Source: a plasmid | Reading direction: 5' to 3' (one strand) | Sequence record: NZ_AP018531.1 | DNA: 23,358 nt | Part shown: piece after piece, positions 16,716 to 23,358 of the stretch | How the letters are laid out: every line of letters begins with the position of its first letter | How positions within the stretch are numbered: position 1 is the first letter of the stretch | The notes under the pieces: model-generated | Seen by the model: the letters and a program-made list of their open reading frames with translations, nothing else | What the model was told of the DNA's origin: nothing | Database searches by the model: none | Made by a program: the position numbers and the translations under genes

Positions 16716-16730
16716 TGCACAAAATTGTGA
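16716..16730. promoter_or_regulatory. Operator-like near-palindrome TGCACAAAATTGTGA upstream of the ABC transporter operon
   Basis: One centre mismatch from perfect symmetry. Nearly identical to the site at 16974-16988. Confidence 0.35.
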
Positions 16731-16973
16731 TTTTATAAGCTTTGCACGACAGAGCGGGGGAATCGCTTATGCAAAACTACCCGCCTCAGATGCAGGATCT
16801 GGCTGTTGGTTCAATCTCATAACAACTCGGTATTCGTTTCGGATTTCTCGTGTTTTGCTCGTTTTACGGCGTTTACAGCAGACACATTGTATGAAAATAT
16901 GAACAAAACACGGAAGGTCCGGAAAAGAGTGCATTTTTGCGTGCACGGCTCGAATGAGCAGAATCCGTACACG

Positions 16974-16988
16974 TGCACAATATTGTGA
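16974..16988. promoter_or_regulatory. Operator-like palindrome TGCACAATATTGTGA (12-bp core CACAATATTGTG is perfect) upstream of the LacI-family gene
   Basis: Read directly. About 100 bp upstream of the lacI-family start, in the 550-bp divergent intergenic region. Confidence 0.4.
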
Positions 16989-17088
16989 ATACTGCTTTAT
17001 TCACTTTAGATATAGACTTATTATGGGTATTATGTTATGCTTTAACTATAAAAACGGGAAAAGCCCGTTCTGACAGAGGTGATATCAT

Positions 17089-18135
17089 ATGGCAATTACC
17101 CTGAATCAAATTGCCGAGATTTGCGGTGTGTCCCGCGGTACAGTCGATCGGGCACTTCATAATAAAGGAAATGTTCGCCCTGCGGTGGCGGAGCGGATCA
17201 AGGCGGTAGCCAACGAATATGGCTACACCCCCAACCGTGCCGGACTGGCACTGTCCCGCACATCGCATCCGATTCGCATCGGCGTGATCATGATTTCGGT
17301 GCAGACTCCGTTCATGCAGATCGTTCTGGATGCCGCCCGGCGCGAAACCCGCCGTCTGGCTGCGTTCAGCGTGGAGGTCATCTTCCGGCTGTCGCCCTCG
17401 CTCGATCCGGTCGAACAGGTCTCGATGATCGAGAATCTGGTCGAGCAGCATCATATCAGTGCGCTGGCGATCACGCCGCTCGACTGTCTGCTGGTCGAAA
17501 CCAAAATCAACGAGCTGATCGACCAACGCGGAATACCGGTCGTTACGTTTAACACCGATCTGCCCAACAGCCGTCGGCTGTGCTATGTCGGGCAGGAAAA
17601 CATTTCTTCCGGCCGTACGGTGGCCGAGCTGATGCGTCTGGTGACGCGGGAGAGTGGCACGGTGGCTACGATCATTACGCCCTGTATGTATCACAGTGCG
17701 TACCGCGAACGTCTGAAGGGCTTTAAGGAGGAGCTGCTTACCCCTGACTCGCCGCTTCAGCTGCAGGAGGTCACGCTGCCGAACGATGACAGCAATGTGG
17801 TTTACGAGCATACGCTCCGTCTGCTGCAGGAGACTCCCGAGCTGACCGGTATCTACGCGATCACGCCGGGTTATGCGGGCGCATGCAGCGCGCTGGTCGA
17901 TTCCGGCCGCGCACGGGGGGTGCACCTGATCATGCACGATGAGATCCCCGCCAACCTGTACGAGCTTCGGCGCGGTGTTGCGGATTTTGTCATCGGGCAG
18001 GATGCGGTGCAGCAGGGCGCACTGCCGCTGTCCCTGCTGGCCGATTACATTCAACTCAAACAGCAGCCGCCGAAGGAGTTTTACCATACCGATATTCGGG
18101 TGCTGCTGCGGCACAATATCGAAAATTTGCTTTGA
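17089..18135 (+). CDS. LacI-family transcriptional regulator
   Basis: N-terminal HTH ITLNQIAEICGVSRGTVDRALHNKGNVRPAVAERIKAVANEYGYTPNRAG, then a periplasmic-binding-protein-like effector domain. RBS GAGGTG. Confidence 0.85.
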   Translation: MAITLNQIAEICGVSRGTVDRALHNKGNVRPAVAERIKAVANEYGYTPNRAGLALSRTSHPIRIGVIMISVQTPFMQIVLDAARRETRRLAAFSVEVIFRLSPSLDPVEQVSMIENLVEQHHISALAITPLDCLLVETKINELIDQRGIPVVTFNTDLPNSRRLCYVGQENISSGRTVAELMRLVTRESGTVATIITPCMYHSAYRERLKGFKEELLTPDSPLQLQEVTLPNDDSNVVYEHTLRLLQETPELTGIYAITPGYAGACSALVDSGRARGVHLIMHDEIPANLYELRRGVADFVIGQDAVQQGALPLSLLADYIQLKQQPPKEFYHTDIRVLLRHNIENLL

Positions 18136-18153
18136 TCCGGGTCAGGAGGTATT

Positions 18154-18945
18154 ATGTCTGTTCCGCTTCCGGCATTTCGCCGTGTCAGACTAACACAGCA
18201 ATGTGTGATTCATCCGCAGGATAAGGGCGGCAACTATCTGCCTTGCGCCTCGGAGGATTGGGTGCTGTTTGTTTCGCTTGCTGCGGACGGGGAGAAGATC
18301 ATTCTGCGGACCGAGCACCTCTGTCTGCCGATCAAACCCGGCGGCGCGCTGCTGCTGCCGCCGAATGTCTGTCACGAGCTGCCGTTCGTACAGGCACCCT
18401 GTCTGATGCTGGGCTTTTCCGCCGCGAATGACGGACAGGCGGTGTTTGAGTTTCCGCAGTTACAGGGAACACCGGCATGGATGTTTCTGCTGCTGCTCTA
18501 CTCGGAACAGACCACGGCTACCGCCCGGACACCGCTTCTGGAGGCGCTGCTGATGCAGATGGCGCCTATGGCGCATGGCTTCGAGCTGTGTGCGCCGGAT
18601 GCCGCATTCTCGCTTGCAACCGAGGTATTGCAGCATTTGAACCTGTGCTTTGCCGAGGAGCTTTCGCTGACCGAGCTGACCAATCGGTTTCACGTTTCGA
18701 CCAGCCACATAATCCATATGTTCAAGGCGCAGTTCGGCCTGCCGCCCATTCAGTATATGGTGCGCCGCCGGATCGGGGAAGCGCAGCATCTGCTCCGCAC
18801 AACGGAGGACAGTGCGGGCGATATTGCCGGTCAGGTCGGCATGATCAACCGCAATTACTTTTACCGGATGTTCAAGCGTCTAGTGGGGGTATCGCCGGTT
18901 CGATACCGCGAGGTCATTGGCGAACGCCCGGATATGCTGGCTTGA
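18154..18945 (+). CDS. AraC-family transcriptional regulator (cupin-like N-domain plus C-terminal AraC HTH)
   Basis: C-terminal ...IAGQVGMINRNYFYRMFKRLVGVSPVRYRE AraC signature. RBS CAGGAGGT. Starts 18 nt after the lacI-family stop. Confidence 0.85.
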   Translation: MSVPLPAFRRVRLTQQCVIHPQDKGGNYLPCASEDWVLFVSLAADGEKIILRTEHLCLPIKPGGALLLPPNVCHELPFVQAPCLMLGFSAANDGQAVFEFPQLQGTPAWMFLLLLYSEQTTATARTPLLEALLMQMAPMAHGFELCAPDAAFSLATEVLQHLNLCFAEELSLTELTNRFHVSTSHIIHMFKAQFGLPPIQYMVRRRIGEAQHLLRTTEDSAGDIAGQVGMINRNYFYRMFKRLVGVSPVRYREVIGERPDMLA

Positions 18946-19196
18946 GAAAACGGCTTTACGGGATCGAGCAGGACCCGATGGAAATCTGGTCTACGCAGTA
19001 CGCTGCCATGCTGGAGGCGCTCGCAGCCGCGGATGTCCGTTAAATACTTGGGTCTACGTCAAGCGTTTCGGTATCCTGGCAAATTTTATCTGGTTCATTA
19101 CTGTTACCTGCACAAGACACAACCCCTGGTTTCCGGTTCTGATCCGGTTTCCGTGGTCTAAATAATCAAGACGGCGGAAACCTCTGCATCATACGC

Positions 19197-19240
19197 AAAA
19201 CAACCGAGCGACTGCATTTTCAGCCGCTCGGTTGTTTTGT
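19197..19240. terminator. Bidirectional intrinsic terminator in the convergent gap (araC-family gene versus resolvase)
   Basis: Perfect 14-bp stem AAAACAACCGAGCG / CGCTCGGTTGTTTT. The A/T runs are part of both arms, so it works on either strand. Confidence 0.65.
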
Positions 19241-19288
19241 CTGCGTTGCTCCGCACAGATATCTTATTGTATATAGCGCCGTGCGGCA

Positions 19289-19861
19289 TCACGCCTGCCG
19301 CCGCTTTCTCTCCCGGATGAGCGTGGACTTGCTGATGCCGGTCAGTTTGACGACCTGCGCGTAGGAATGGTCCTCAAGCAGAGCCATTGCATGGTCAAGC
19401 TGCTCGGTGTCGAACTTGGGCGGGCGGCCCTCACGGAAATTCGGGTCGGTGGCGCGCGCGACCGCCTTGCCCTCCTGCGTGCGCTGCACGATCATGTCGC
19501 GCTCGAACTGCGCAAACGACAGCAGCACGTTGCGCAGCAGCGTGTTGACCGAGTCGTTGGACAGGATGCCGAGGTTCAATACGTTGATGGTGATGCCCTC
19601 GTCGATCATGTCGGTGATCATGCCGGACGCCTGCGACACGGACCGCGCCAGCCGGTCGAGCCGTGTCACGATCAGCACATCGCCGCGCCGCAGCTGCGCC
19701 CGCAGCCTGTCCCATTCCGGTCGGTCCATCTTGGTGCCGGTGAACGTGTCCGTGTAGATTTTTTCCGCGCCCGCCGCCGTCAGCGCCGCCTGCTGCGCGT
19801 CCAGACTGTTGCCGTCGCGCGCCTGCGTTTTGGTGGATACTCTCGCGTAGCCGAATATCAT
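19289..19861 (-). CDS. Serine recombinase / resolvase (about 190 aa) with C-terminal HTH
   Basis: N-terminus MIFGYARVSTKTQ (catalytic Ser), then the typical resolvase core and C-terminal HTH ([18 protein letters not shown]). GGAGG RBS 6 nt upstream of the ATG at 19861. The 401-aa ORF in the track is an artefactual 5' extension. Confidence 0.9.
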   Translation of the reverse strand: MIFGYARVSTKTQARDGNSLDAQQAALTAAGAEKIYTDTFTGTKMDRPEWDRLRAQLRRGDVLIVTRLDRLARSVSQASGMITDMIDEGITINVLNLGILSNDSVNTLLRNVLLSFAQFERDMIVQRTQEGKAVARATDPNFREGRPPKFDTEQLDHAMALLEDHSYAQVVKLTGISKSTLIRERKRRQA

Positions 19862-19985
19862 GCCAATCCCTCCGTTTTCACGGTTTTGACACCGCGAGTT
19901 TTGAATATAGGTTTTGATACCTCTATTATAATTTATGACGCTGAGTTTTGCAACCGGTGGCGAAACTTGAAGGTTTTGGATACCA
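19862..19985. promoter_or_regulatory. res-like region: at least six GTTTTG(A) motifs, including three GGTTTTGAYACC copies, immediately upstream of the resolvase
   Basis: ccGTTTTCacGGTTTTGACACCgcgaGTTTTGAATATaGGTTTTGATACC...aGTTTTGCAACC...aaGGTTTTGGATACC, read directly. Resolvase res sites lie 5' of the resolvase gene and have multiple subsites. Confidence 0.4.
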
Positions 19986-20398
19986 AGGCGAAGTTCCACT
20001 ATGGTCATAACCGCTCCACCACCGAGGGCAAGCAGCTTTACGGCGGCTTCTCTCAGTATATGTATATTGAGCCGGGCGCACGTCTTTACAAGATCCCGGA
20101 CGGTCTGCCCAATGATATGGCCTGCTTTACCGAGGTCATGTGCGTAGCGTACACGCCGGAAAAGGCGCGTGCGGTCAGCAGCTTTGATCTGGAGGGCGTC
20201 AACCTCGGTGACACGGTTGTCATACAGGGCTGCGGCGCGGAAATCGTGGTGGAGTGTGTCGGCCGTCCCGAGGTATTCCCGGAGGGTCTTAAGTATCTCC
20301 GCAAGGCCGGTATGTATCTGGAGCAGGCAGAAGATGCCGTGAAGGCCGGTATGACCCGCGAAAGCATGAAGGTCGTTATTGACCCATGGATGGAGTAA
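19963..20398 (+). pseudogene. Internally deleted and N-terminally truncated zinc alcohol dehydrogenase (MDR) gene
   Basis: GGFSQYMYIEPGARLYKIPDGLPNDMACFTEVMCVAY (catalytic-domain motif), then ..VVIQGCGA jumps straight to EIVVECVG, so most of the Rossmann domain is missing. Ends ...AVKAGMTRESMKVVIDPWME like the remnant at 4343. Confidence 0.5.
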
Positions 20399-20527
20399 GC
20401 AGCACGTTTCCGTCCCTCTTGTAAAACTGCCGTGCGGCTGAAAAAAACGGGGGGCACGGGGATTCCACCCGTCAAGCTGGATTTGCACCAGCAAATCCGT
20501 TGCTTGTCAGACTATACCACACCTTTT

Positions 20528-20585
20528 CTTCTCAATAAACAAAACCCGGAGCACAGACTGAAAAAGCAGTCTGTGCTTCGGGTTT
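20528..20585 (-). terminator. Long hairpin (about 19-bp stem) terminator, orientation ambiguous (better U-tract on the minus strand)
   Basis: AAACCCGGAGCACAGACTG aaaaag CAGTCTGTGCTTCGGGTTT. The minus strand reads TTTTGTTTATTG after the stem. Confidence 0.45.
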
Positions 20586-20796
20586 ATTGGGCAGCGGCAG
20601 GTGTGGAGATCAGTTGATTTTTGCTGCCGTAAGGGAAAAGTGCTCCTGAAGCTCGAACAGGGTCCGATCGGGTTTCAGTAAGAGCAAGAGTACTAAAAAC
20701 AGCTATAAGAATTTGGATAATACTAACGAAATAATTGCAAATTTTCGTTTGGCTATTGTGTTTATTTTGCAAATATGCTATATATAAGACAAGCAA

Positions 20797-20812
20797 TTCA
20801 TACGTATGCAAA
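20797..20812. promoter_or_regulatory. LacI-type operator candidate tTCATACGTATGCAaa (one mismatch from the ideal 14-bp palindrome TGCATACGTATGCA), overlapping the second lacI-family gene start region
   Basis: Read directly. The same 13-mer ATACGTATGCAAA recurs at 21890-21904 upstream of tctC. Confidence 0.45.
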
Positions 20813-20825
20813 GAGGTGAAAACAG

Positions 20826-21869
20826 TTGAAAACGATTACTTCCGTCGAACTTGCTAAATTAGCTGGTGTGTCGCAATCAACGGTTTCCCGTTGCCTGAAT
20901 GACAGTCCGCTGGTTTCAGAAGAAACCAAGGCAAGAGTCAAAAAGCTGGCGGAAGAATACTCCTTTCAGTTTAACACTAACGCACGGGGGTTAAAAACCA
21001 ACCGCACCGGTGTGATCGGATATGTATTCTCAGAGGATTTTACCGGCTTTGCAAACCATTATATTCAAAGTGACATTTACTATCGCATACGTATGCAGCT
21101 CGTAAAGGAAGGGCTGGATCTGGTGCCGGTGTTCGATGAAGGGAAATACGGTGAGTTTTTTTCCATCGAAAAGAGTATCAGCAATCGACGGTTTGATGCC
21201 CTGATCTTTAACCGACCGCAGGTGGGTGAGCGAGTCAAAAGCCTACTGCATGAAACAAAAATTCCATTTATCTATATTTACGATACGAATGAATCACTGA
21301 ATGAGTCGTATATGATCGCACCGAGCCATTCACAGATTGGCGGTCTGGTCGGCAAGGCGTTTTGCGAAGCTGGCTATACACGATTTGTGGAAATTATCGG
21401 ACCGCAGGATCGAATCGACGTTATACATAAACATGAAGCTTTTGCACGTGTTTTGCATCAGCATGGGCATAAGCTGCCAGATACGCACATTCTGCATGCA
21501 GATTACAACCTTAAGCAGGCTACGCAGCAGGTTTTGGAGCATATTGAACTGTTCCAGCCGGGTACAGCGTGTTTTGCGCAGAACGATATGATGGCATTAG
21601 GCGCTCTGGAAGCACTGCGCGAGCAGGGCATTCAGGTGCCGGATGATGTGGCTTTGATTGGTTCGGATAATATCCCGATGGGCAGCTGGTTTACGCCGCA
21701 TTTAACCACTGTGGCAGTAGATTATGACAGGATTATCAATTTAACAGTAGAATGGGTCATGGCAATGGCATCGAACAAACTGCCGGACAAACTGCCGGAT
21801 ACCTACCGGTATATACTGGACAGCAAATTGATCATCCGAGATACATTCTGTCCCTCAGCAGGAGAATAA
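20826..21869 (+). CDS. LacI-family transcriptional regulator (TTG start)
   Basis: HTH ITSVELAKLAGVSQSTVSRCLNDSPLVSEETKARVKKLAEEYSFQFNTNARGL, then a sugar-binding-like domain. AAGAGGTG RBS 7 nt before the TTG. Confidence 0.8.
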   Translation: MKTITSVELAKLAGVSQSTVSRCLNDSPLVSEETKARVKKLAEEYSFQFNTNARGLKTNRTGVIGYVFSEDFTGFANHYIQSDIYYRIRMQLVKEGLDLVPVFDEGKYGEFFSIEKSISNRRFDALIFNRPQVGERVKSLLHETKIPFIYIYDTNESLNESYMIAPSHSQIGGLVGKAFCEAGYTRFVEIIGPQDRIDVIHKHEAFARVLHQHGHKLPDTHILHADYNLKQATQQVLEHIELFQPGTACFAQNDMMALGALEALREQGIQVPDDVALIGSDNIPMGSWFTPHLTTVAVDYDRIINLTVEWVMAMASNKLPDKLPDTYRYILDSKLIIRDTFCPSAGE

Positions 21870-21882
21870 TTCTTTTATTCTC
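21862..21882. other. Perfect 9-bp-stem hairpin spanning the second lacI-family stop codon (GGAGAATAA ttctt TTATTCTCC)
   Basis: Read directly. No flanking U-tract. A second copy of the ATACGTATGCAAA motif lies immediately downstream. Confidence 0.4.
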
Positions 21883-21889
21883 CGCAATT

Positions 21890-21904
21890 GAATACGTATG
21901 CAAA
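21890..21904. promoter_or_regulatory. Second copy of the ATACGTATGCAAA operator-like motif, about 45 bp upstream of tctC
   Basis: gAATACGTATGCAaa shares a 13-mer with 20797-20812. Confidence 0.4.
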
Positions 21905-21948
21905 CGCGGAAAAGCGTTTCAATTATAAAAAGAAAGAAGGAAAAGCAA

Positions 21949-22944
21949 ATGAAAGGAAAAAAATTGATGGCTATGCTGATGGCAGGTTCCATGCTGCTGG
22001 CAGGTCTGACGGGCTGCGGCGGTTCCACTGCAAAGGGCGGCGGTGCTGCGGCAAGTGCGGATGATTACCCGAATGGTCCGGTAACAGTCATTTGTCCGTG
22101 GGGTGTCGGCGGCGGTGCCGATGTCATTGCCCGCAAGATTTCGGAGGTGGCCAAGAATTATTTTGATCAGCCGATCATTGTAGAAAATCACACAGGCGCT
22201 TCCGGCACCATCGGCATGATGGATGCCATGGATGCGGATGCGGACGGTTATACTATGGTCGTCGCCAACGGTCCGTTATTTTCGTTGACTCCGAAGTACA
22301 TCGATGTATCCTATGATCTTTCTGATTTCACTATGCTGCGCGGTATGCGTCAGGTTTCGCTGATGATCCTCACTAATCCGCAGAAATCCAGCATCAAGAC
22401 GTTTGATGATCTGATTAACTACGGCAAAACGCATAAGATCACGTATGCAACTTCCTCCGGCCCGGGCGGTGATCAGTACGTTGTTTCTTCTGCAATGTTC
22501 AAGTCGCTTGGTATCGAAGCGGAGCCGGTCGTTATGGGCAGCGAGGCAGAATCGATCAATGCAGTGGTTTCCGGTCAGGTAGACTGCGGTCTGGGTACGC
22601 CTCCGGCATACTACTCGCATCAGGAAGAGGGTACGATCCAGGCGGTCGCAACTTTCTATCCGGAAACGGTTCAGACTCCGTACGGTGAAGTAAAGTCCAT
22701 CAAGGACTGGGATGTTGATGTTGAATTTGCCGGCATGGACTGTCTGGCTGTTCGCTCGGACGTTCCGCAGGAGATCGTAGACAAACTGAATGCAATGCTC
22801 GATGACGTATATGCCGATTCCAAGTTCACCGGTTTTATGGACGAGATGGGTTATCCGCTGTGGGATGCCAAGGGTGACGAAGTGACGAAGTTTATCGAGG
22901 ATCAGATGGACAGCATGGACAAATACGTGGAGATGCTCCAGTAA
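21949..22944 (+). CDS. tctC: Tripartite tricarboxylate transporter substrate-binding lipoprotein (TctC / Bug family)
   Basis: Start at MKGKKLMAMLMAG with a GAAGG RBS 8 nt upstream. Lipobox LTGCGG. The mature region matches TctC-family patterns (ICPWGVGGGADVIARKI..., HTGASGTIG). Confidence 0.85.
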   Translation: MKGKKLMAMLMAGSMLLAGLTGCGGSTAKGGGAAASADDYPNGPVTVICPWGVGGGADVIARKISEVAKNYFDQPIIVENHTGASGTIGMMDAMDADADGYTMVVANGPLFSLTPKYIDVSYDLSDFTMLRGMRQVSLMILTNPQKSSIKTFDDLINYGKTHKITYATSSGPGGDQYVVSSAMFKSLGIEAEPVVMGSEAESINAVVSGQVDCGLGTPPAYYSHQEEGTIQAVATFYPETVQTPYGEVKSIKDWDVDVEFAGMDCLAVRSDVPQEIVDKLNAMLDDVYADSKFTGFMDEMGYPLWDAKGDEVTKFIEDQMDSMDKYVEMLQ

Positions 22945-22983
22945 CAGGCTGGTCTGTTTAATCTGGTGTGAGAGGTGACAAGA

Positions 22984-23358
22984 TTGAAAGTAAAGCTAAA
23001 TTCGAATATGATAACAGGCGTTCTGTTTCTGATCGTTTCTGTTGCCCTGCATATTCTGATACCATCGCAGATCCGGACGTTTGAAACCAGCGCAGTGACT
23101 GCTGCAACAGTTCCGACGCTTCTGATCCGCGGCATGATACTTTGCAGCGTGATCCTGCTGGTGCAGGGTATCCTGTCCAAGGAAAAGACCGAATACACGA
23201 TTTCAGGAGCCATTTTCACTAAAGAAAATCTGCTGCGGCTGAAACCGGTAATCTATATTGCCATGCTGATCGCATACGCGCTGCTGCTTCCGCATATTGG
23301 ATTTATCATTTCCTCGCTGCTGCTTGCCAATGGCATTCTGCTGTATTTCGGTACGAGA
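22984..23358 (+). CDS. tctB: TctB-family small permease, N-terminal 125 codons, open to the window end
   Basis: TTG start with AGGTG RBS 6 nt upstream. About three hydrophobic helices. The frame runs exactly to the last base of the window and continues in frame into bases 1-84. Confidence 0.7.
   Translation, partial: MKVKLNSNMITGVLFLIVSVALHILIPSQIRTFETSAVTAATVPTLLIRGMILCSVILLVQGILSKEKTEYTISGAIFTKENLLRLKPVIYIAMLIAYALLLPHIGFIISSLLLANGILLYFGTR

Noticed and set aside
16790-16830. tRNA-like T-loop motif (TGGTTCAATCT) and a general scan for tRNAs in intergenic regions
   Set aside because: The flanking sequence cannot form a T-stem or acceptor stem. No region showed a full cloverleaf by eye. tRNAscan-SE would be needed for certainty.
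19862-20494. 5' extension making the resolvase ORF 401 aa
   Set aside because: The extension is simply the antisense of the dehydrogenase pseudogene. The canonical resolvase N-terminus MIFGYARVS with a GGAGG RBS begins at 19861.

Overview
The coding regions look like high-GC Firmicutes (Clostridia-type) DNA: AGGAGG-type ribosome-binding sites (RBS), a Gram-positive lipoprotein signal, and IolG/IolI that align closely to the Bacillus subtilis proteins. GC content is visibly mosaic by eye: lower in the replication/partition block at about 5.7-8.5 kb, higher in the 10.7-19 kb catabolic block. The window contains four modules. (1) A tricarboxylate (TTT, tctCBA-type) transporter locus with a LacI-family regulator, an FAD-dependent oxidoreductase and a 264-aa protein with no domain I recognise. 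This locus is split across the two ends of the window, with tctB interrupted exactly in frame, so the window is probably a complete circular replicon of about 23.4 kb. (2) A plasmid-type maintenance backbone: a replication initiator with tandem winged-helix domains, parA plus a small ribbon-helix-helix partner, two clusters of GTTATAACG iteron/parS-like repeats, and a rep leader with a predicted counter-transcript RNA and an intrinsic attenuator. (3) An accessory sugar module: iolI and iolG, a CUT2-type ABC sugar transporter, and divergent LacI and AraC regulators. (4) A serine recombinase (resolvase) with an upstream GTTTTGA-repeat res-like region. There are also recombination scars: a duplicated resolvase 3' remnant, inverted remnants of a zinc alcohol dehydrogenase gene, a GntR gene interrupted by a truncated IS transposase fragment, and a stranded membrane-protein tail. 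No CRISPR array, rRNA or convincing tRNA was found. All protein calls rest on motif and family recognition by eye, without database searches.
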